Below are positions 21,245-28,610 of a stretch of 64,000 nt of DNA, piece after piece. Source of the DNA: a virus. Lineage: Duplodnaviria; Caudoviricetes. The position numbers were made by a program, and so were the translations under genes. The stretch is taken from IMG/VR virus record IMGVR_UViG_3300037067_004899, positions 6,502 through 70,501 of that record; one strand, given 5' to 3'. Each line of letters opens with the position of its first letter. Position 1 is the first letter of the stretch. Under the pieces are notes generated by a model that worked only from the letters and a program-made list of their open reading frames with translations, searched no databases and was not told the origin of the DNA.

Positions 21245-21577
21245 TTACTCCTTTTTCAATAGTTGTTCTGCCCGCTCGTAATCGTCGCAGCATCCGGAAG
21301 GTTCCCTGTATTCCGATGTACAGGTTTCATATTTGTCGCAGTTTGGACAAAAGCCTTCATCTGTTTTCTTTTTAAGTAGTTGTTCTGTTCTTTCCACAGT
21401 CAAGTATATCAAAGTATCTTCCAATTCCTTCACCTTGGCTACTAATGCATCATGGGAATTGACAGCGGTAACGATAAATTCAGCGTCGTTTTCCCTTGTG
21501 CTGGCAACGCTTCCGCCTTCATTATCAGTGATAAGCCATCCGGCCAATACTTTCCATGGTAATTGGCTATGTTTCAT
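21245..21577 (-). CDS. Hypothetical phage protein
   Basis: LPWKV..DAEFIVTAVNSHDALV pattern seen in phage early genes. Confidence 0.65.
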   Translation of the reverse strand: MKHSQLPWKVLAGWLITDNEGGSVASTRENDAEFIVTAVNSHDALVAKVKELEDTLIYLTVERTEQLLKKKTDEGFCPNCDKYETCTSEYREPSGCCDDYERAEQLLKKE

Positions 21578-21600
21578 TTCCCTTTCCCCTCCTTACGGTA

Positions 21601-21846
21601 TTACAACTTATGAATAGCCATGCACACATAACCTTCCGGTACGAAAGGCTGTTCAGCTAGAATATAAGAAACAATAACAGGTGTTACCCTACCGCTGCAT
21701 ACTTGTTCAATAGGGTCGAATTCATAAAGCCTTAATATATCACCAACTTTGAATTCCCTATCATCAGCTTTTCTAATTTCAAAGGTCTTTGCACCGACAT
21801 CTACCTGTTCATAATATTCAGGCCATGTTTTTAGATTGTGTATCAT
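21601..21846 (-). CDS. DUF3850/ASCH-like protein
   Basis: HNLKTWPEYYEQV..GAKTFEIRKADDREFKVGDILRLYEF. Confidence 0.85.
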   Translation of the reverse strand: MIHNLKTWPEYYEQVDVGAKTFEIRKADDREFKVGDILRLYEFDPIEQVCSGRVTPVIVSYILAEQPFVPEGYVCMAIHKL

Positions 21847-21869
21847 ATTACTTCTCCTTTTTGATTATT

Positions 21870-22136
21870 TCAGATGTAATCCTCGCTTGAATAGTAACAT
21901 CCAGCGGCAGTTACCCTGCCATAATCTTTATCAAAATCACTGTCAACTATAACGTTGTTCTGACCGCCGACGTTCTTTTGTCTCAAATATGCCCTCATGT
22001 CAATATAAGCTTCATCGTCTGAAAAATGGTTTACGCATAATGCCCGTGCCTTGTTTGCAGTTGAAGCAAATACAAAACAGCTATATTCCGCATTGACGGG
22101 GCCAACGCAATACAAATTGACTATTTCATCACTCAT
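21870..22136 (-). CDS. Hypothetical protein
   Basis: ORF with GGAGG RBS. Confidence 0.55.
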   Translation of the reverse strand: MSDEIVNLYCVGPVNAEYSCFVFASTANKARALCVNHFSDDEAYIDMRAYLRQKNVGGQNNVIVDSDFDKDYGRVTAAGCYYSSEDYI

Positions 22137-22368
22137 TTCTTTTCCTCCAATTCCTTTACTCTACGTTCCAACTCCCCGAGCCTTATGTCTGCCTCAATAA
22201 GTCTGCTAATGTATTTCCCTTTTTTCTTATCCAATGATATAAGCTTATCAATTACAGCCTTGTTATGGATTGTTATAGTAAATATCTGCATGCGTCCACC
22301 TCCACTATAATTATACCATGCATCCTTAGAATAAGCAATACTTTTTATCAGGATATTGCATATTTATC

Positions 22369-22396
22369 TTGACATTCCCGCCCATTGGAGTATAAT
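22369..22396 (+). promoter_or_regulatory. Consensus sigma-A promoter
   Basis: TTGACA-16 nt-TATAAT upstream of the plus-strand accessory cluster. Confidence 0.75.
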
Positions 22397-22770
22397 GATA
22401 GTGTAGTAACAAACGAGTAGTTCAAGGAGGTAACAGACCACATGAAACGTAATAACCCCGGAAGGCGTGAACGGCTGGCTGGAAAAAGGCATAGGCGCGC
22501 GATCGTATGGTCGAATGCTTGGCCGTCGGGTTCTGCACCGTTAAAGGTTGGTTCAAGGCATTTCGGGCGCTGTATGCGTGAACGTCTATCTGTGGCTGAG
22601 AACGAAAACTTGGGATAGTTAACCAAGGAGCGCAGAAGGCAGTTAACTGTTAGACTGCTGGTAACGGGTTAGGTCTTGACATTACGGTCATGTAAAACGC
22701 GCCTAGCCTGTTTCCTACCATCCAATACTATAACATGGGGAAATCTTTATAGTAAATCACAAGTAAGGAG

Positions 22771-22956
22771 GTGAATACCGTGGAAAGAACGCAGGAAGAT
22801 ATTCTAAAGATCCATCAGGAGTTAAAGGAAGCAGCCAAACCCTTGATAGATTTTCTTTACAAGTATTATCATCCTCATGCAACTATATTGGTTACACAAG
22901 CTAATGTAGAAGTATGTGAAGGCGACATAGCTGTGATAAATGAATTAAGAGATTAA
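22771..22956 (+). CDS. Small hypothetical phage protein
   Basis: GGAGG RBS, GTG start; LKEAAKPLIDFL..HPHATILVT. Confidence 0.7.
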   Translation: MNTVERTQEDILKIHQELKEAAKPLIDFLYKYYHPHATILVTQANVEVCEGDIAVINELRD

Positions 22957-22966
22957 TATATTGCAT

Positions 22967-23057
22967 GGGGAAGTGACACAATTGACAGTGGACTGCGGAA
23001 CGATAGTACGCAGGAGCCGGAAACGGCTTGTCGGTTCAAGCCCGGCCTTCCCTACTA
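22967..23057 (+). ncRNA. tRNA-like RNA with long variable arm and 11-nt anticodon loop
   Basis: Acceptor GGGGAAG/CTTCCCT; anticodon stem CTGCG/CGCAG; variable arm GAGCCG-GAAA-CGGCTT; T arm GTCGG-TTCAAGC-CCGGC. Confidence 0.6.
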
Positions 23058-23124
23058 TGGCAGGTTCCCGGTTACCTTGCTAAAAACAGCGGCGTTCTCC
23101 CGGCTCCGATATAGCCGGGTGCAT

Positions 23125-23249
23125 GGGGAAGTTGACTGAGGCAGACCGAAAGGCCTAGGGCAAAAGGTTGATACTGGATAAAGCTTCGACAGTCCGTCCA
23201 GATACGGTAGGCTGTGGGGCACGTCAGTTCGAATCTGACACTTCCCCCA
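23125..23249 (+). ncRNA. tRNA-like RNA with 50-nt insert at the anticodon loop position
   Basis: Acceptor GGGGAAGT/ACTTCCCC; T arm GTCAG-TTCGAAT-CTGAC; GCCTA/TAGGC stem enclosing a CTGGA/TCCAG hairpin. Confidence 0.55.
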
Positions 23250-23575
23250 ATAATCTCACATAGCCGAGGGTGCAGCACTATATCGGAGGCAACTCGGCCG
23301 GTGGGTTTATTGAGGATTATAAAAATAATGTGAAGGAGAATAAAACAAATGACATGTATTGAAGCAATTGAAACCATAAAAAATAATTGGCCTCCAGATA
23401 ATTACTCAATGCTTAGAGAAGCATTAACAAAAGCTATAGAAGTACTTGAAAATGAATCAGCAAGATTAACAAGAAATCACGCAAGAGAAACGCCGGACAA
23501 TTGCACATGCGGCATGGGCAGAGATTAATATTGCAACAATAGCAGGATATCCCACACATAGCGGAGGGGAAAGGA

Positions 23576-23719
23576 ATGAAGTGGTTTAAGAGACTCGTCT
23601 GTAAAATTAAAGGTCATGATTGGGAAACATATGCTTACATGCCTAAAGGCGGTTATTATTCCTACGACTTTGAACAGGCAGGGCATTGTAAAAGGTGTGG
23701 TGCTGATACGCATAAATAG
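23576..23719 (+). CDS. DUF1660-like prophage protein
   Basis: MKWFKRLVCKIKGHDW..CKRCG. Confidence 0.7.
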   Translation: MKWFKRLVCKIKGHDWETYAYMPKGGYYSYDFEQAGHCKRCGADTHK

Positions 23720-23749
23720 TCCCACACATAGCGGAGAAGGAGGATAAGG

Positions 23750-24753
23750 ATGGAAGAACTTCTCAAAAAAATCAGAGCCTGCAAATCAATGCCTGAATTA
23801 GATGATCTCAGAATGGATTGCGTTGTAGCTTTTAGCAAGGGCAACAAAACCGAATTTTTAGCAATTCAAGGAGCGTTTATTAAAAAGAAAAACAAGCTTC
23901 AAAGAGTGCCACTTGTAGATAGAAATTGGTGAAACGGGTTTAGCATAGAAGGGAGATAGATGCAGGGATGAAAATATCAATACCTTTAAATGAACGATGG
24001 GAACGTGGAATACCACATCACCCTAAGAGCATTGAATTGTACGAGTTCATAGCAAATATGGACTTTGAACACGGTGGAGATTTTTTCTGTTTTAAAAGCG
24101 GAGGCGATGGGGATAACGGAGAAGTACTTATGTGGTACATGGATGAATACTTTGAACAAAGAAACCCGGTTTGAGCCTATAATAGAATGGAGGTAATAAA
24201 ATGTGGGGTAAAATTAGTGATGATATATTTTTCAAATGCGGGCATTGTGGGAAGGTTGTAAACCCTTATGTATGGCCTGGATTTTTAGGTGTTAGTCCAG
24301 AAGAAGCGTTTTGTAGCATGCCACCATGCCCGGATTGCTATCATAGAGAATGGATAAATAATAATTAATGGAGGTAATAGGGATGAAGTGTAGCAAATGC
24401 CCATATTATTCAGAAGGATGCATGAGCAACGAATGCAGACTTGTTGGATGGGAAAATAGCAGGACGCTAGAAGATTGCAGATTAGTAAATGATGACGGAA
24501 CGGTAAATCAGGAAGAATTGAGTAAAAATTGTTATTGAATGAAAGGAAGTGATAAGCAGTGAATGATCAAAATTATTTGCTAATCTTTGAAATGGTTAAT
24601 CCAGGATATGGCGCTTTATCCGGTAAAAATGTAGAATGGTTTGGCACTGAATCCGAAATGCTTGATAGAATAGATGAAATTAACGGGATTGCGTTAAATA
24701 TTGAAGGACTGCATATAAACGTTATAGAGGAAATTTGGGCTCCCGCCGATTGA
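23750..24753 (+). other. Array of five small accessory ORFs (about 50-68 aa)
   Basis: Each has an RBS-like purine run; several are Cys-rich. Confidence 0.6.
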
Positions 24754-24771
24754 CAGGAGCCTTCGTCATGT

Positions 24772-24948
24772 CTATGTATTCTTTTCAGCAATTTTAGTCC
24801 CCAAGTAAAACGATACTGCCATTACTACGAGATTTTCAATAACCTTGGATTCCAGTTTACCCACTGCAACAAAAGATATAGCAGCTGCAACAAGTGCAAG
24901 GGTTACAATAGTTTTGACATCAATGAGCTTTGAAAATTTCTCTTTCAT
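24772..24948 (-). CDS. Putative holin (2 TM, 58 aa, not in ORF track)
   Basis: KLIDVKTIVTLALVAAAISFVAVG..LVVMAVSFYLGTK. Confidence 0.7.
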   Translation of the reverse strand: MKEKFSKLIDVKTIVTLALVAAAISFVAVGKLESKVIENLVVMAVSFYLGTKIAEKNT

Positions 24949-24964
24949 ATCTATTTCCTCCCTT

Positions 24965-25162
24965 CTATTTAATTGAATCCCAAGTTATTTTGACTGTCCC
25001 GTCATACCAAGGCGTAACGGGGGTTGTTGGATAATACGGTGGACACCACGGAACAAGGATTGGCGCAGGGTTATTTATTGTTGGAGTCTCATCCTCTTCT
25101 GTGATGGTTTCCTTTATGAGTTTGCCTTCAAGGTTGTATTCTTTTACGGTCGTGCGCTTCAT
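24965..25162 (-). CDS. Pro-rich small protein in lysis cassette
   Basis: GGAGG RBS; PAPILVPWCPPYYPTTPVTPW. Confidence 0.55.
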   Translation of the reverse strand: MKRTTVKEYNLEGKLIKETITEEDETPTINNPAPILVPWCPPYYPTTPVTPWYDGTVKITWDSIK

Positions 25163-25163
25163 A

Positions 25164-25757
25164 CTATTTCCTCCCTTCATCATATTTTTTAAACTTATCC
25201 AATAAGGCATATATCTCAGGGTCTGCCATTGCCTTTTTAAGCCACTTTGGTTCATCAGTGAGTATTTTACCCTTGGCGTAAGCAACAACGTCCTCCTGTG
25301 GCGTGACAGGCTCTACATAACGCAATACAGAGTTCCATGGATGGTTATAGTAACTCCGTACGCAGATTTCCTTGCCTGTCTGATCTCCAGACAAGCCTCC
25401 TACTATTTTGCCAAGCTCATTGATGGATGCATGAACAAGCTGCTTGTTGCCTATGTACAAAGCTGTGTGGTGCCCTTCGTGGAGTAGAACGTCCCCAGGT
25501 AGTAAACCTTCACCTGTTTTGACATTAACCTTCCCAAACACGTCTACGAACTTGCAAGACAGGAATGCCGTTCTCATGTTTCCGGTATAGCTTGCGCCGG
25601 CCGACTTAACTTTTACTCCTGCGTTTTCCCATGCAGCGATCACCAGGGATGAACAGTCAAAATTAGGATTACCTGAACGGTGTAACTGATCGTATCCGTG
25701 AGATTCATCTTTTGCTATCGCTACAGCAAAAGCAACCGCTAGTTGTATTTTACTCAC
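25164..25757 (-). CDS. Endolysin, NlpC/P60-type peptidoglycan hydrolase
   Basis: GYDQ..FDCSSLV, GDVLL..HHTALY catalytic Cys/His. Confidence 0.88.
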   Translation of the reverse strand: MSKIQLAVAFAVAIAKDESHGYDQLHRSGNPNFDCSSLVIAAWENAGVKVKSAGASYTGNMRTAFLSCKFVDVFGKVNVKTGEGLLPGDVLLHEGHHTALYIGNKQLVHASINELGKIVGGLSGDQTGKEICVRSYYNHPWNSVLRYVEPVTPQEDVVAYAKGKILTDEPKWLKKAMADPEIYALLDKFKKYDEGRK

Positions 25758-25999
25758 TCTTCTTCCTCCCTTTCCAAATCGTCTATTCTGTGGTTTGCTA
25801 CTTTGAATTTTTCCTCGTAAAGATCACACCGTTTTTCAACCTCGTAAGTCCGTTCAATAAGGTTGTTGTGCTTATTCACTTTTATTTCCAGTTGTTCAAG
25901 TCGATATGATATCAGTGCCGAACTTGCCCGGTGAGCAAGGTAACTGCCTGCAAGTGTTCCAATGAGACTTAACACCGCAACTATGATTGTATCTGTCAT
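25754..25999 (-). CDS. Holin-like single-TM protein
   Basis: IIVAVLSLIGTLAGSY..YRLEQLEIKVNKHNNLIERTY family pattern. Confidence 0.75.
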   Translation of the reverse strand: MTDTIIVAVLSLIGTLAGSYLAHRASSALISYRLEQLEIKVNKHNNLIERTYEVEKRCDLYEEKFKVANHRIDDLEREEEE

Positions 26000-26111
26000 T
26001 TGACACCTCCTGCGTATTTTTGATATACTTTATGTCACCTTCCCTTATCTACCTGCGTGGGTAGGGGTCGGTACTGGGCCGGTTGTGTTAACGCACTTCC
26101 GGCCTACTCGC

Positions 26112-27716
26112 TTAAAATAAGTTAAGTAATTTCTCTACAGCTGCTAAAATAAGATTTATTCTCTGTTCTTGAAAAATCTTGACGGATTCCGCGATATCCA
26201 TTCCCCTCTTTATACGTCCTTCGCTTCGGATTTCCGCAATATAGATATCAGGCTGGACGTATTCGTCGATCAAAGTCCACGCTTTGTACTTTTGAAACGC
26301 AGGGTTGACAGATTTGTTCTTTTCAATAAAATCCTTTATTTCCAATAACTCAACCCTGTAATCATCCTTTGCACCATCTATCAATTCAAACTCAGGCATG
26401 ACGATCTCTTTGTCAAAAGTAAATTCGTCCAAGGTCTTGTTTGGGATAGACTTAATTATCAGCCCCCTCTCTGTGCAGTTGTAGACTTCTGGTTTCACAC
26501 GGTTTACATATTCCTCGTACCAGTTTCGCATTGAAACGAACGAGGGTTCAGTAAAGCACATTTCACCTTTGTTGTTGGTCATTTGCATTAAGTTGGTTTC
26601 CTGAATGTCCTGGTTGAACTTTGTCCCGTCGCAGTATAATTTATTGTCAGTATAGGACAAATCCATTCCTACTAAAAGAATCGGGCTGCACCCCATTTTA
26701 TGAAGTACGTCAAGCGCGACATTCGCCACTGACGGACCGGATTCAAATATAGGCAGTTCAACGGTTGTGTACCTGTTGACGTTCAGTTGCATCTGTATCT
26801 TGGGACCTTTATAATTTAGTGAATTTTGTGCGATCTGTGTGTCAAAAATTAAGGGCACATCAGAGTCCAGGTTTTCATGTAACCCGCCTGACGTAATGGG
26901 GTCTTGGTCTATCGCGATCATGTAGGTTGGTCTTATATCGTGAGAGTGCAAAATTTCCATTGCGGTTGACGCGGCGATCACAATGGCTTTACTTTGAATA
27001 TCCCTTAGTTTTTCTAATTGAGTTTTTAGACTTGGTCCCGCCCCGACAATGATACCGGGCAATCCCTTGTGTGCGTCTATCAAAGTCTTTCCGTTATATG
27101 AGGGTTTGCGGGCATTGATTATCCGGTTGGCGTACCATTTGTCCACAAGACATCTTTTTGTATTAGTCATTACCGCATAATCGTTTATCATTTGCTTAAC
27201 ATGATTTAATAATAGGTTAAAATAATCCTGGTACACGTTCGCATAGAACGGAAGTAGCATTATCCCCCTTGCTAATGGGTGGGTTATCATTTCATAAATC
27301 TTTGCCTTAACAAGGTCAACAGATTCATCCAGCCAGACAGTACAATTTTTTATGATAAACTCAAAGTCTTTTATCTGAATGGCGTGGTAAAACAGTCTTT
27401 TGTCCGGTTCAATTACGATTATTTTTTTATCCGGATATTTCTTGATTAAAGACTCTATGTGGTTTCCCAATCCAAGCCCGTATACAATAATAGTATGCAG
27501 GTCAGGGTTAACGTTTTGCAGCCAACCTTCATTATCTGAGGTTCCCACAGTCAGCATTTTATCCTCTGAGTTTATCACCAGATTATCAACTGCTTGGTTT
27601 TCATTCAACCCGAACATTACCTGTTCTGTAAATGTCAATGCGGTTTCAGGGGTTTGAATCTTTTTAAATGCTTCCGGCTGAAACTCACTTAAAAGCTTAC
27701 AATTTCTTTCAAACAT
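26112..27716 (-). CDS. maf: Maf (motility-associated factor, DUF115/MAF_flag10) nonulosonic-acid O-glycosyltransferase
   Basis: IIVYGLGLGNHI, IIVGAGPSL, IVIAASTA..IRPTYMIAID, GPSVANVAL..MGCSPILLVGMDLSY, VYNCTERG. Confidence 0.85.
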   Translation of the reverse strand: MFERNCKLLSEFQPEAFKKIQTPETALTFTEQVMFGLNENQAVDNLVINSEDKMLTVGTSDNEGWLQNVNPDLHTIIVYGLGLGNHIESLIKKYPDKKIIVIEPDKRLFYHAIQIKDFEFIIKNCTVWLDESVDLVKAKIYEMITHPLARGIMLLPFYANVYQDYFNLLLNHVKQMINDYAVMTNTKRCLVDKWYANRIINARKPSYNGKTLIDAHKGLPGIIVGAGPSLKTQLEKLRDIQSKAIVIAASTAMEILHSHDIRPTYMIAIDQDPITSGGLHENLDSDVPLIFDTQIAQNSLNYKGPKIQMQLNVNRYTTVELPIFESGPSVANVALDVLHKMGCSPILLVGMDLSYTDNKLYCDGTKFNQDIQETNLMQMTNNKGEMCFTEPSFVSMRNWYEEYVNRVKPEVYNCTERGLIIKSIPNKTLDEFTFDKEIVMPEFELIDGAKDDYRVELLEIKDFIEKNKSVNPAFQKYKAWTLIDEYVQPDIYIAEIRSEGRIKRGMDIAESVKIFQEQRINLILAAVEKLLNLF

Positions 27717-27864
27717 TCTGTACCTCCTGTGGGTAAACCATGCCGGCCCCGATTTTGTCGGTAGAGTCAAGCACGATAAACATGTTATCAAATGTCTGTT
27801 TCCCGTTTATCTCCACCGGGTTAAAAGTTATAAATTGAAAAATAACATCAATTCCGTTTTCCAT
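27709..27864 (-). CDS. 51-aa ORF bridging neuB and maf (not in ORF track)
   Basis: GGAGG RBS inside neuB 3' end; its TGA overlaps the maf start (ATGTTTGA). Confidence 0.55.
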   Translation of the reverse strand: MENGIDVIFQFITFNPVEINGKQTFDNMFIVLDSTDKIGAGMVYPQEVQNV

Positions 27865-28570
27865 TGTTCCTCCTTATAATTTCGCACATTTTAGTAAAAT
27901 CGCTCGGTAATAACGATACGGCAGCATCGACGCATTTTTCGTCTGATAGCATGAAATGTTTTTCAACCATTTCTGCGCCATGCATATCAACCGCATCTAG
28001 GGCATTCTTAATCCCAACGCAATGGCACGAAAGGCCAACCGGCACATGGAATTTTTTCTTCAGCCGTTTAATCTCAGATAGTTTGTAATCGCCTGGCCGT
28101 GACGGATATTTTGAAACACAGTAAAGCAATGTCACGGGAACGTCAACCTCGTTGAGAATCCTTTTGATCTGATCGTCGTCTATTTTGCCAGTTGAAATAA
28201 TAAGCGGTTTACCGAATTCAGCCACTTGCTTAACAAAGTTTAAGTCAGCCGCTTCGGGACTTGCTATTTTAAAGCGTTTCACGTAACCAGATATTTCCTC
28301 CGCGCTGAACTTGTCAAAGCATGTACACAAAAACTCGACATTTTGCCGTTTGCATTCGTTTGCAATGATTGGGATCCATTGCGGGCGTAGGCGTATTTTA
28401 TCCAGCAGTTTGAATGAATCAAAACAATTTCGGTTAACACATAAAATATCTGTATAATAGAATTGAAACTTTGCTATGTCCGCGCCGCACTCCTTTGCTA
28501 TTCTAATCATGTCAAGTGCCTTGTTAAGATCGCCCATGTGGTTAAGGCCGATTTCTGCGATTATTTCCAT
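27848..28570 (-). CDS. neuB: NeuB/SpsE-family nonulosonic acid synthase lacking C-terminal SAF domain
   Basis: IIAEIGLNHMG, GADIAKFQ, FKIAS, KPLIISTG, LLYCVSKYP, VGLSCH, MVEKHF. Confidence 0.93.
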   Translation of the reverse strand: MEIIAEIGLNHMGDLNKALDMIRIAKECGADIAKFQFYYTDILCVNRNCFDSFKLLDKIRLRPQWIPIIANECKRQNVEFLCTCFDKFSAEEISGYVKRFKIASPEAADLNFVKQVAEFGKPLIISTGKIDDDQIKRILNEVDVPVTLLYCVSKYPSRPGDYKLSEIKRLKKKFHVPVGLSCHCVGIKNALDAVDMHGAEMVEKHFMLSDEKCVDAAVSLLPSDFTKMCEIIRRNNGKRN

Positions 28571-28590
28571 ATGATTCCTTTCAAAAATTA

Positions 28591-28610
28591 AGGCACCCTT
28601 TCGAGTGCCT
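28591..28610 (-). terminator. Hairpin, possible weak intrinsic terminator
   Basis: AGGCAC-loop-GTGCCT followed by TAATTTTT on minus strand. Confidence 0.45.

Noticed and set aside
22967-23249. tmRNA
   Set aside because: No G3-U70 alanine identity pair and no evident tag frame; shorter than typical
26112-27716. MptE 6-hydroxymethylpterin kinase (shares DUF115)
   Set aside because: Length, N-terminal domain and adjacency to neuB fit Maf
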